Below, in pieces: positions 11,301 to 25,804 of a DNA stretch of 64,000 nucleotides. The stretch lies in the NCBI RefSeq assembly GCF_009914755.1, contig NC_060939.1; one strand, written 5' to 3'. The position numbers were made by a program, and so were the translations under genes. Numbering within the stretch: position 1 is the stretch's first letter; every line of letters begins with the position of its first letter. Source of the DNA: the human T2T-CHM13v2.0 reference genome, Homo sapiens. The notes beneath the pieces are model-generated. The model was given only the letters and a program-made list of their open reading frames with translations, had not been told where the DNA came from and searched no databases.

Positions 11301-14300
11301 CATTCGTATCCATTCCATTCCAGTCCATTCCATTTGTGTCCACTGCATTCCATTCCACTCCATTCCATATTATTCCATTACACTCCATTCCATTCTATTA
11401 CTTTCATTTCCATTCAATTCCATTCCATTTGATTCCATTCCACTCGGTTTCATTCCATTTGAGTCCACTCCATTCCATTCCATTCCATTCAGTTCCATTC
11501 CATTCTGTTCCATTCCATTCCGTTCCATTACATTCCATTCCATTCGGTACCATTCCATATTGTTCCATTCGATTCCATTCGAATCCATTCCATTCCAGTC
11601 CATTCCATTCGACTCCATTCCATTCATTTCAATTCCATTCCATTCCATTCCATTCCATTCCATTCCACTTGATTCCTCTCCATTCCCTTCCACTGCATTC
11701 CGTTCGATTCCATTCCATTGCATTGCATTCCATTCCATTGGATTGCATTCCATTCGATTCCATTCCATTCGAATCAATTACGTAGCAATCCATTACATTC
11801 GAGTGTATTCTCTTCCGTTCCATTCGATTTCGTTCCAATCCATTCGATTCCATTCCATTCGATTCCATTCCATACTATTGCATTCCATTCGATTACATTA
11901 TATTCGAATAAGTTCCATTCAAGACCATTTCTTTTGAGTCCATTCTATTTGAGTCCATTCCCTTTGATTCCATAACATTTGAGTCCATTCAATTCCATTC
12001 CTTTCGTTTCCATTCCATTTGATGCCATTCCATTCAATTCTGTTCTACTCGACTCCAATACATTCAATTCCATTCCATCCGATTCCATTACATTCTTTTC
12101 ATTTCTTATCCATTTCAAGCCATTCCACTCCATTCCATTCCACTCGTTTCCTTTCCATTCGAGTCCATTCCTCTCCAGTCCATTCTGTTCAATCCATTCC
12201 ATTCCAGTCCATTCCATTCGAGTCCGTTCCATTCCAGTCCATTCCATTCGAGTCAATTCCATCCCATTCGATGTCTTTCCATAACGATCCATTCCATTCT
12301 ATTCCTTTCGATTCCATTCCATTCTATTTCATTCCATTCGATTCCCTTCTATTGGACTCCTTTCCATTCGAGTGCATTCCATTCCGTTCCATTTCTTTCC
12401 GTTCTGTACGATTCCTACCGTTCGATTTCATTTTCTTCCAGTCCATTCTTTCGCGTCCATTCCATTCCATTTCACTCCATTCGATTCCATTCCACTCGAT
12501 TCCACTTCGTTCCATTTCATTGCATTCCATTCTATTCAACTCTATTGCCTTCCATTCCATTCCATTCGATTACATTCCATGCGATTCCATTCGAAATCGA
12601 ATCAATTACATTGCAATCCATTACTATTGAGTCCGTTTTATTCCAGTCCACTGCATTCTGGTCCATTCCATTTGATTCCATTCCATACAGTTGCATTCCA
12701 TTGGATTCCATGCTATATCTATAAATTCAATTCGAGACCATTGCTTTTGAGTCCATTCTATATGATTCCATTCCATTCAAGTCCATTACATTTGGTTAAA
12801 TTCCATTCCATTCGGTTCAATTCCATTCCATTCCATTCCCTTCCATTCCATTCCAGTTGATATCAATCCATTCGATTCCATTCCATTCGAGCACATTCCA
12901 TTCGATTCCATTCCATTCGATGCCATTCCATTTGATTCTATTCCATTAGTCTCCATTCAATTCCATTAATCTCCATTCCATTCCATTCTACTCCAACTGA
13001 TTCCATTCCATTCTATTCCTTTCCATTCCATTTCATTCCATTCCATTCCATTCCATTTCGTTCCATTCCATTCGTGTCCATTCCACTCCAGTCCATTCCA
13101 TTCGTATCCATTCCATTCCAGTCCATTCCATTTGTGTCCACTGCATTCCATTCCACTCCATTCCATATTATTCCATTACACTCCATTCCATTCTATTACT
13201 TTCATTTCCATTCAATTCCATTCCATTTGATTCCATTCCACTCTGTTTCATTCCATTTGAGTCCACTCCATTCCATGCCATTCCATTCAGTTCCATTCCA
13301 TTCTGTTCCATTCCATTCCGTTCCATTACATTCCATTCCATTCGGTACCATTCCATATTGTTCCATTCGATTCCATTCGAATCCATTCCATTCCAGTCCA
13401 TTCCATTCGATTCCATTCCATTCATTTCAATTCCATTCCATTCCATTCCATTACATTCCACTTGATTCCTCTCCATTCCCTTCCACTGCATTCCGTTCGA
13501 TTCCATTCCATTGCATTGCATTCCATTCCATTGGATTGCATTCCATTCGATTCCATTCCATTCGAATCAATTACATAGCAATCCATTACATTCGAGTCTA
13601 TTCTCTTCCGTTCCATTCGATTTCGTTCCAATCCATTCGATTCCATTCCATTCGATTCCATTCCATACTATTGCATTCCATTCGATTACATTATATTCGA
13701 ATAAGTTCCATTCAAGACCATTTCTTTTGAGTCCATTCTATTTGAGTCCATTCCCTTTGATTCCATAACATTTGAGTCCATTCAATTCCATTCCTTTCGT
13801 TTCCATTCCATTTGATGCCATTCCATTCAATTCTGTTCTACTCGACTCCAATACACTCAATTCCATTCCATCCGATTCCATTACATTCTTTTCATTTCTT
13901 ATCCATTTCAAGCCATTCCACTCCATTCCATTCCACTCGTTTCCTTTCCATTCGAGTCCATTCCTCTTCCAGTCCATTCCGTTCAATCCATTCCATTCCA
14001 GTCCATTCCATTCGAGTCCGTTCCATTCCAGTCCATTCCATTCGAGTCAATTCCATTCCATTCGATGTCTTTCCATAACGATCCATTCCATTCTATTCCT
14101 TTCGATTCCATTCCATTCTATTTCATTCCATTCGATTCCCTTCCATTGGACTCCTTTCCATTCGAGTGCATTCCATTCCGTTCCATTTCTTTCCGTTCTG
14201 TACGATTCCTACCGTTCGATTTCATTTTGTTCCAGTCCATTCCTTTCGCGTCCATTCCATTCCATTTCACTCCATTCGATTCCATTCCACTCGATTCCAC

Positions 14301-17300
14301 TTCGTTCCATTTCATTGCATTCCATTCTATTCAACTCTATTGCCTTCCATTCCATTCCATTCGATTACATTCCATGCGATTCCATTCGAAATCGAATCAA
14401 TTACATTGCAAACCATTACTATTGAGTCCGTTTTATTCCAGTCCACTGCATTCTGGTCCATTCCATTTGATTCCATTCCATTCTATTCCATTCCATACAG
14501 TTGCATTCCATTGGATTCCATGCTATATCTATAAATTCAATTCGAGACCATTGCTTTTGAGTCCATTCTATATGATTCCATTCCATTCAAGTCCATTACA
14601 TTTGGTTAAATTCCATTCCATTCGGTTCAATTCCATTCCATTCCATTCCCTTCCATTCCATTCCAGTTGATATCAATCCATTCGATTCCATTCCATTCGA
14701 GCACATTCCATTCGAGTCCATTCCATTCGATGCCATTCCATTTGATTCTATTCCATTAGTCTCCATTCAATTCCATTAATCTCCATTCCATTCCATTCTA
14801 CTCCAACTGATTCCATTCCATTCTATTCCTTTCCATTCCATTTCATTCCATTCCATTCCATTCCATTTCGTTCCATTCCATTCGTGTCCATTCCACTCCA
14901 GTCCATTCCATTCGTGTCCATTCCACTCCAGTCCATTCCATTCGTATCCATTCCATTCCAGTCCATTCCATTTGTGTCCACTGCATTCCATTCCACTCCA
15001 TTCCATATTATTCCATTACACTCCATTCCATTCTATTACTTTCATTTCCATTCAATTCCATTCCATTTGATTCCATTCCACTCGGTTTCATTCCATTTGA
15101 GTCCACTCCATTCCATTCCATTCCATTCAGTTCCATTCGATTCTGTTCCATTCCATTCCGTTCCGTTACATTCCATTCCATTCGGTACCATTCCATATTG
15201 TTCCATTCGATTCCATTCGAATCCATTCCATTCCAGTCCATTCCATTCGATTCCATTCCATTCATTTCAATTCCATTCCATTCCATTCCATTACATTCCA
15301 CTTGATTCCTCTCCATTCCCCTCCACTGCATTCCGTTCGATTCCATTCCATTGCATTGCATTCCATTCCATTGGATTGCATTCCATTCGATTCCATTCCA
15401 TTCGAATCAATTACATAGCAATCCATTACATTCGAGTCTATTCTCTTCCGTTCCATTCGATTTCGTTCCAATCCAATCGATTCCATTCCATTCGATTCCA
15501 TTCCATACTATTGCATTCCATTCGATTACATTATATTCGAATAAGTTCCATTCAAGACCATTTCTTTTGAGTCCATTCTATTTGAGTCCATTCCCTTTGA
15601 TTCCATAACATTGGAGTCCATTCAATTCCATTCCTTTCGTTTCCATTCCATTTGATGCCATTCCATTCAATTCTGTTCTACTCGACTCCAATACATTCAA
15701 TTCCATTCCATCCGATTCCATTACATTCTTTTCATTTCTTATCCATTTCAAGCCATTCCACTCCATTCCATTCCACTCGTTTCCTTTCCATTCGAGTCCA
15801 TTCCTCTCCAGTCCATTCCGTTCAATCCATTCCATTCCAGTCCATTTCATTCGAGTCCGTTCCATTCCAGTCCATTCCATTCGAGTCAATTCCATCCCAT
15901 TCGATGTCTTTCCATAACGATCCATTCCATTCTATTCCTTTCGATTCCATTCCATTCTATTTCATTCCATTCGATTTCCTTCCATTGGACTCCTTTCCAT
16001 TCGAGTGCATTCCATTCCGTTCCATTTCTTTCCGTTCTGTACGATTCCTACCGTTCGATTTCATTTTGTTCCAGTCCATTCCTTTCGCGTCCATTCCATT
16101 CCGTTTCACTCCATTCGATTCCATTCCACTCGATTCCACTTCGTTCCATTTCATTGCATTCCATTCTATTCAACTCTATTGCCTTCCATTCCATTCCATT
16201 CGATTACATTCCATGCGATTCCATTCGAAATCGAATCAATTACATTGCAATCCATTACTATTGAGTCCATTTTATTCCAGTCCACTGCATTCTGGTCCAT
16301 TCCATTTGATTCCATTCCATTCTATTCCATTCCATACAGTTGCATTCCATTGGATTCCATTCTATATCTATAAATTCAATTCGAGACCATTGCTTTTGAG
16401 TCCATTCTATATGATTCCATTCCATTCAAGTCCATTACATTTGGTTCAATTCCATTCCATTCCATTCCCTTCCATTCCATTCCAGTTGATATCAATCCAT
16501 TCGATTCCATTCCATTCGAGCACATTCCATTCGAGTCCATTCCATTCGATGCCATTCCATTTGATTCTATTCCATTAGTCTCCATTCAATTCCATTAATC
16601 TCCATTCCATTCAATTCTACTCCAACTGATTCCATTCCATTCTATTCCTTTCCATTCCATTTCATTCCATTCCATTCCATTTCATTCCATTCCATTCCAT
16701 TCGTGTCCATTCCACTCCAGTCCATTCCATTCGTGTCCATTCCATTCCAGTCCATTCCATTTGTGTCCACTGCATTCCATTCCACTCCATTCCATATTAT
16801 TCCATTACACTCCATTCCATTCTATTACTTTCATTTCCATTCAATTCCATTCCATTTGATTCCATTCCACTCGGTTTCATTCCATTTGAGTCCACTCCAT
16901 TCCATTCCATTCCATTCAGTTCCATTCCATTCTGTTCCATTCCATTCCGTTCCATTACATTCCATTCCATTCGGTACCATTCCATATTGTTCCATTCGAT
17001 TCCATTCGAATCCATTCCATTCCAGTCCATTCCATTCGATTCCATTCCATTCATTTCAATTCCATTCCATTCCATTCCATTACATTCCACTTGATTCCTC
17101 TCCATTCCCTTCCAGTGCATTCCGTTCGATTCCATTCCATTGCATTGCATTCCATTCCATTGGATTGCATTCCATTCGATTCCATTCCATTCGAATCAAT
17201 TACATAGCAATCCATTACATTCGAGTCTATTCTCTTCCGTTCCATTCGATTTCGTTCCAATCCATTCGATTCCATTCCATTCGATTCCATTCCATACTAT

Positions 17301-20300
17301 TGCATTCCATTCGATTACATTATATTCGAATAAGTTCCATTCAAGACCATTTCTTTTGAGTCCATTCTATTTGAGTCCATTCCCTTTGATTCCATAACAT
17401 TTGAGTCCATTCAATTCCATTCCTTTCGTTTCCATTCCATTTGATGCCATTCCATTCAATTCTGTTCTACTCGACTCCAATACATTCAATTCCATTCCAT
17501 CCGATTCCATTACATTCTTTTCATTTCTTATCCATTTCAAGCCATTCCACTCCATTCCATTCCACTCGTTTCCTTTCCATTCGAGTCCATTCCTCTCCAG
17601 TCCATTCCGTTCAATCCATTCCATTCCAGTCCATTCCATTCGAGTCCGTTCCATTCCAGTCCATTCCATTCGAGTCAATTCCATTCCATTCGATGTCTTT
17701 CCATAACGATCCATTCCATTCTATTCCTTTCGATTCCATTCCATTCTATTTCATTCCATTCGATTCCCTTCCATTGGACTCCTTTCCATTCGAGTGCATT
17801 CCATTCCGTTCCATTTCTTTCCGTTCTGTACGATTCCTACCGTTCGATTTCATTTTGTTCCAGTCCATTCTTTCGCGTCCATTCCATTCCATTTCACTCC
17901 ATTCGATTCCATTCCACTCGATTCCACTTCGTTCCATTTCATTGCATTCCATTCTATTCAACTCTATTGCCTTCCATTCCATTCCATTCCATTACATTCC
18001 ATGCGATTCCATTCGAAATCGAATCAATTACATTGCAATCCATTACTATTGAGACCGTTTTATTCCAGTCCACTGCATTCTGGTCCATTCCATTTGATTC
18101 CATTCCATTCTATTCCATTCCATACAGTTGCATTCCATTGGATTCCATGCTATATCTATAAATTCAATTCGAGACCATTGCTTTTGAGTCCATTCTATAT
18201 GATTCCATTCCATTCAAGTCCATTACATTTGGTTAAATTCCATTCCATTCGGTTCAATTCCATTCCATTCCATTCCCTTCCATTCCATTCCAGTTGATAT
18301 CAATCCATTCGATTCCATTCCATTCGAGCACATTCCATTCGAGTCCATTCCATTCGATGCCATTCCATTTGATTCTATTCCATTAGTCTCCATTCAATTC
18401 CATTAATCTCCATTCCATTCCATTCTACTCCAACTGATTCCATTCCATTCTATTCCTTTCCATTCCATTTCATTCCATTCCATTCCATTCCATTCCATTC
18501 CATTCCATTCGTGTCCATTCCACTCCAGTCCATTCCATTCGTATCCATTCCATTCCAGTCCATTCCATTTGTGTCCACTGCATTCCATTCCACTCCATTC
18601 CATATTATTCCATTACACTCCATTCCATTCTATTACTTTCATTTCCATTCAATTCCATTCCATTTGATTCCATTCCACTCGGTTTCATTCCATTTGAGTC
18701 CACTCCATTCCATTCCATTCCATTCAGTTCCATTCCATTCTGTTCCATTCCATTCCGTTCCATTACATTCCATTCCATTCGGTACCATTCCATATTGTTC
18801 CATTCGATTCCATTCGAATCCATTCCATTCCAGTCCATTCCATTCGATTCCATTCCATTCATTTCAATTCCATTCCATTCCATTCCATTACATTCCACTT
18901 GATTCCTCTCCATTCCCTTCCACTGCATTCCGTTCGATTCCATTCCATTGCATTGCATTCCATTCTATTGGATTGCATTCCATTCGATTCCATTCCATTC
19001 GAATCAATTACATAGCAATCCATTACATTCGAGTCTATTCTCTTCCGTTCCATTCGATTTCGTTCCAATCCATTCGATTCCATTCCATTCGGTTCCATTC
19101 CATACTATTGCATTCCATTCGATTACATTATATTCGAATAAGTTCCATTCAAGACCATTTCTTTTGAGTGCATTCTATTTGAGTCCATTCCCTTTGATTC
19201 CATAACATTTGAGTCCATTCAATTCCATTCCTTTCGTTTCCATTCCATTTGATGCCATTCCATTCAATTCTGTTCTACTCGACTCCAATACATTCAATTC
19301 CATTCCATCCGATTCCATTACATTCTTTTCATTTCTTATCCATTTCAAGCCATTCCACTCCATTCCATTCCACTCGTTTCCTTTCCATTCGAGTCCATTC
19401 CTCTCCAGTCCATTCCGTTCAATCCATTCCATTCCAGTCCATTCCATTCGAGTCCGTTCCATTCCAGTCCATTCCATTCGAGTCAATTCCATTCCATTCG
19501 ATGTCTTTCCATAACGATCCATTCCATTCTATTCCTTTCGATTCCATTCCATTCTATTTCATTCCATTCGATTCCCTTCCATTGGACTCCTTTCCATTCG
19601 AGTGCATTCCATTCCGTTCCATTTCTTTCCGTTCTGTACGATTCCTACCGTTCGATTTCATTTTGTTCCAGTCCATTCTTTCGCGTCCATTCCATTCCAT
19701 TTCACTCCATTCGATTCCATTCCACTCGATTCCACTTCGTTCCATTTCATTGCATTCCATTCCATTCAACTCTATTGCCTTCCATTCCATTCCCTTCCAT
19801 TACATTCCATGCGATTCCATTCGAAATCGAATCAATTACATTGCAATCCATTACTATTGAGTCCGTTTTATTCCAGTCCACTGCATTCTGGTCCATTCCA
19901 TTTGATTCCATTCCATTCTATTCCATTCCATACAGTTGCATTCCATTGGATTCCATGCTATATCTATAAATTCAATTCGAGACCATTGCTTTTGAGTCCA
20001 TTCTATATGATTCCATTCCATTCAAGTCCATTACATTTGGTTAAATTCCATTCCATTCGGTTCAATTCCATTCCATTCCATTCCCTTCCATTCCATTCCA
20101 GTTGATATCAATCCATTCGATTCCATTCCATTCGAGCACATTCCATTCGAGTCCATTCCATTCGATGCCATTCCATTTGATTCTATTCCATTAGTCTCCA
20201 TTCAATTCCATTAATCTCCATTCCATTCCATTCTACTCCAACTGATTCCATTCCATTCTATTCCTTTCCATTCCATTTCATTCCATTCAATTCCATTCCA

Positions 20301-23300
20301 TTCCATTCCATTCCATTCCATTCCATTCCATTCGTGTCCATTCCACTCCAGTCCATTCCATTCGTATCCATTCCATTCCAGTCCATTCCATTTGTGTCCA
20401 CTGCATTCCATTCCACTCCATTCCATATTATTCCATTACACTCCATTCCATTCTATTACTTTCATTTCCATTCAATTCCATTCCATTTGATTCCATTCAA
20501 CTCGGTTTCATTCCATTTGAGTCCACTCCATTCCATTCCATTCCATTCAGTTCCATTCCATTCTGTTCCATTCCATTCCGTTCCATTACATTCCATTCCA
20601 TTCGGTACCATTCCATATTGTTCCATTCGATTCCATTCGAATCCATTCCATTCCAGTCCATTCCATTCGATTCCATTCCATTCATTTCAATTCCATTCCA
20701 TTCCATTCCATTACATTCCACTTGATTCCTCTCCATTCCCTTCCAGTGCATTCCGTTCGATTCCATTCCATTGCATTGCATTCCATTCCATTGGATTGCA
20801 TTCCATTCGATTCCATTCCATTCGAATCAATTACATAGCAATCCATTACATTCGAGTCTATTCTCTTCCGTTCCATTCGATTTCGTTCCAATCCATTCGA
20901 TTCCATTCCATTCGATTCCATTCCATACTATTGCATTCCATTCGATTACATTATATTCGAATAAGTTCCATTCAAGACCATTTCTTTTGAGTCCATTCTA
21001 TTTGAGTCCATTCCCTTTGATTCCATAACATTTGAGTCCATTCAATTCCATTCCTTTCGTTTCCATTCCATTTGATGCCATTCCATTCAATTCTGTTCTA
21101 CTCGACTCCAATACATTCAATTCCATTCCATCCAATTCCATTACATTCTTTTCATTTCTTATCCATTTCAAGCCATTCCACTCCATTCCATTCCACTCGT
21201 TTCCTTTCCATTCGAGTCCATTCCTCTCCAGTCCATTCCGTTCAATCCATTCCATTCCAGTCCATTCCATTCGAGTCCGTTCCATTCCAGTCCATTCCAT
21301 TCGAGTCAATTCCATTCCATTCGATGTCTTTCCATAACGATCCATTCCATTCTATTCCTTTCGATTCCATTCCATTCTATTTCATTCCATTCGATTCCCT
21401 TCCATTGGACTCCTTTCCATTCGAGTGCATTCCATTCCGTTCCATTTCTTTCCGTTCTGTACGATTCCTACCGTTCGATTTCATTTTGTTCCAGTCCATT
21501 CCTTTCGCGTCCATTCCATTCCATTTCACTCCATTCGATTCCATTCCACTCGATTCCACTTCGTTCCATTTCATTGCATTCCATTCTATTCAACTCTATT
21601 GCCTTCCATTCCATTCCATTCGATTACATTCCATGCGATTCCATTCGAAATCGAATCAATTACATTGCAAACCATTACTATTGAGTCCGTTTTATTCCAG
21701 TCCACTGCATTCTGGTCCATTCCATTTGATTCCATTCCATTCTATTCCATTCCATACAGTTGCATTCCATTGGATTCCATGCTATATCTATAAATTCAAT
21801 TCGAGACCATTGCTTTTGAGTCCATTCTATATGATTCCATTCCATTCAAGTCCATTACATTTGGTTCAATTCCATTCCATTCCATTCCCTTTCATTCCAT
21901 TCCATTTGATATCAATCCATTCGATTCCATTCCATTCGAGCACATTCCATTCGAGTCCATTCCATTCGATGCCATTCCATTTGATTCTATTCCATTAGTC
22001 TCCATTCAATTCCATTAATCTCCATTCCATTCCATTCTACTCCAACTGATTCCATTCCATTCTATTCCTTTCCATTCCATTTCATTCCATTCCATTCCAT
22101 TCCATTCCATTCCATTCCATTCGTGTCCATTCCACTCCAGTCCATTCCATTCGTGTCCATTCCATTCCAGTCCATTCCATTTGTGTCCACTGCATTCCAT
22201 TCCACTCCATTCCATATTATTCCATTACACTCCATTCCATTCTATTACTTTCTTTTCCATTCAATTTCATTCCATTTGATTCCATTCCACTCGGTTTCAT
22301 TCCATTTGAGTCCACTCCATTCCATTCCATTCCATTCCATTCAGTTCCATTCCATTCCGTTCCATTACATTCCATTCCATTCGGTACCATTCCATATTGT
22401 TCCATTCGATTCCATTCGAATCCATTCCATTCCAGTCCATTCCATTCGATTCCATTCCATTCATTTCAATTCCATTCCATTCCATTCCACTCCATTCCAC
22501 TTGATTCCTCTCCATTCCCTTCCACTGCATTCCGTTCGATTCCATTCCATTGCATTGCATTCCATTCCATTGGATTGCATTCCATTCGATTCCATTCCAT
22601 TCGAATCAATTACATAGCAATCCATTACATTCGAGTCTATTCTATTCCGTTCCATTCGATTTCGTTCCAATCCATTCGATTCCATTCCATTCGATTCCAT
22701 TCCATACTATTGCATTCCATTCGATTACATTATATTCGAATAAGTTCCATTCAAGACCATTTCTTTTGAGTCCATTCTATTTGAGTCCATTCCCTTTGAT
22801 TCCATAACATTTGAGTCCATTCAATTCCATTCCTTTCGTTTCCATTCCATTTGATGCCATTCCATTCAATTCTGTTCTACTCGACTCCAATACATTCAAT
22901 TCCATTCCATCCGATTCCATTACATTCTTTTCATTTCTTATCCATTTCAAGCCATTCCACTCCATTCCATTCCACTCGTTTCCTTTCCATTCGAGTCCAT
23001 TCCTCTCCAGTCCATTCCGTTCAATCCATTCCATTCCAGTCCATTCCATTCGAGTCCGATCCATTCCAGTCCATTCCATTCGAGTCATTTCCATCCCATT
23101 CGATGTCTTTCCATAACGATCCATTCCATTCTATTCCTTTCGATTCCATTCCTTTCTATTTCATTCCATTCGATTCCCTTCCATTGGACTCCTTTCCATT
23201 CGAGTGCATTCCATTCCGTTCCATTTCTTTCCGTTCTGTACGATTCCTACCGTTCGATTTCATTTTGTTCCAGTCCATTCCTTTCGCGTCCATTCCATTC

Positions 23301-23716
23301 CATTTCACTCCATTCGATTCCATTCCCCTCGATTCCACTTCGTTCCATTTCATTGCATTCCATTCTATTCAACTCTATTGCCTTCCATTCCATTCCATTC
23401 GATTACATTCCATGCGATTCCATTCGAAATCGAATCAATTACATTGCAATCCATTACTATTGAGTCCATTTTATTCCAGTCCACTGCATTCTGGTCCATT
23501 CCATTTGATTCCATTCCATTCTATTCCATTCCATACAGTTGCATTCCATTGGATTCCATTGTATATCTATAAATTCAATTCGAGACCATTGCTTTTGAGT
23601 CCATTCTATATGATTCCATTCCATTCAAGTCCATTACATTTGGTTCAATTCCATTCCATTCCATTCCCTTCCATTCCATTCCAGTTGATATCAATCCATT
23701 CGATTCCATTCCATTC
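5380..23716. repeat. Copy A of a recent ~18.3 kb (about 10-unit) intra-array duplication
   Basis: The ordered series of unit-specific variants reappears 20,420-20,430 bp downstream. Examples: 10 bp deletion ~7145, 15 bp duplication 8121, 15 bp deletion ~12680, +1 CTCTTCCAG ~13967, 30 bp duplication 14884, GAGACCG ~18051, GTCCGATCC ~23054. The left boundary is approximate. Confidence 0.92.
23699..23716. other. Out-of-register rearrangement junction with 18 bp microhomology (TTCGATTCCATTCCATTC)
   Basis: After GATATCAATCCATTCGATTCCATTCCATTC the unit normally continues GAGCAC (as at 44137). Here it continues TATTTCATTCC, which normally lies ~560 bp earlier in the unit (compare 23141-23170). Confidence 0.93.
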
Positions 23717-25804
23717 TATTTCATTCCATTCGATTCCCTTCCATTGGACTCCTTTCCATTCGAGTGCATTCCATTCCGTTCCATTTCTTTCCGTTCTGTA
23801 CGATTCCTACCGTTCGATTTCATTTTGTTCCAGTCCATTCCTTTCGCGTCCATTCCATTCCATGTCACTCCATTCGATTCCATTCCACTCGATTCCACTT
23901 CGTTCCATTTCATTGCATTCCATTCTATTCAACTCTATTGCCTTCCATTCCATTCCATTCGATTACATTCCATGCGATTCCATTCGAAATCGAATCAATT
24001 ACATTGCAAACCATTACTATTGAGTCCGTTTTATTCCAGTCCACTGCATTCTGGTCCATTCCATTTGATTCCATTCCATTCTATTCCATTCCATACAGTT
24101 GCATTCCATTGGATTCCATGCTATATCTATAAATTCAATTCGAGACCATTGCTTTTGAGTCCATTCTATATGATTCCATTCCATTCAAGTCCATTACATT
24201 TGGTTAAATTCCATTCCATTCGGTTCAATTCCATTCCATTCCATTCCCTTCCATTCCATTCCAGTTGATATCAATCCATTCGATTCCATTCCATTCGAGC
24301 ACATTCCATTCGAGTCCATTCCATTCGATGCCATTCCATTTGATTCTATTCCATTAGTCTCCATTCAATTCCATTAATCTCCATTCCATTCCATTCTACT
24401 CCAACTGATTCCATTCCATTCTATTCCATTCCATTCCATTTCATTCCATTCAATTCCATTCCATTCCATTCCATTCCATTCCATTCCATTCCATTCCATT
24501 CGTGTCCATTCCACTCCAGTCCATTCCAATCGTATCCATTCCATTCCAGTCCATTCCATTTGTGTCCACTGCATTCCATTCCACTCCATTCCATATTATT
24601 CCATTACACTCCATTCCATTCTATTACTTTCATTTCCATTCAATTCCATTCCATTTGATTCCATTCAACTCGGTTTCATTCCATTTGAGTCCACTCCATT
24701 CCATTCCATTCCATTCAGTTCCATTCCATTCTGTTCCATTCCATTCCGTTCCATTACATTCCATTCCATTCGGTACCATTCCATATTGTTCCATTCGATT
24801 CCATTCGAATCCATTCCATTCCAGTCCATTCCATTCGATTCCATTCCATTCATTTCAATTCCATTCCATTCCATTCCATTACATTCCACTTGATTCCTCT
24901 CCATTCCCTTCCAGTGCATTCCGTTCGATTCCATTCCATTGCATTGCATTCCATTCCATTGGATTGCATTCCATTCGATTCCATTCCATTCGAATCAATT
25001 ACATAGCAATCCATTACATTCGAGTCTATTCTCTTCCGTTCCATTCGATTTCGTTCCAATCCATTCGATTCCATTCCATTCGATTCCATTCCATACTATT
25101 GCATTCCATTCGATTACATTATATTCGAATAAGTTCCATTCAAGACCATTTCTTTTGAGTCCATTCTATTTGAGTCCATTCCCTTTGATTCCATAACATT
25201 TGAGTCCATTCAATTCCATTCCTTTCGTTTCCATTCCATTTGATGCCATTCCATTCAATTCTGTTCTACTCGACTCCAATACATTCAATTCCATTCCATC
25301 CGATTCCATTACATTCTTTTCATTTCTTATCCATTTCAAGCCATTCCACTCCATTCCATTCCACTCGTTTCCTTTCCATTCGAGTCCATTCCTCTCCAGT
25401 CCATTCCGTTCAATCCATTCCATTCCAGTCCATTCCATTCGAGTCCGTTCCATTCCAGTCCATTCCATTCGAGTCAATTCCATCCCATTCGATGTCTTTC
25501 CATAACGATCCATTCCATTCTATTCCTTTCGATTCCATTCCATTCTATTTCATTCCATTCGATTCCCTTCCATTGGACTCCTTTCCATTCGAGTGCATTC
25601 CATTCCGTTCCATTTCTTTCCGTTCTGTACGATTCCTACCGTTCGATTTCATTTTGTTCCAGTCCATTCTTTCGCGTCCATTCCATTCCATTTCACTCCA
25701 TTCGATTCCATTCCACTCGATTCCACTTCGTTCCATTTCATTGCATTCCATTCTATTCAACTCTATTGCCTTCCATTCCATTCCATTCGATTACATTCCA
25801 TGCG

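Noticed and set aside
23141-24260. Simple local 560 bp tandem duplication
   Set aside because: The two passes carry different haplotypes at several diagnostic sites, so the second was not copied from the first.
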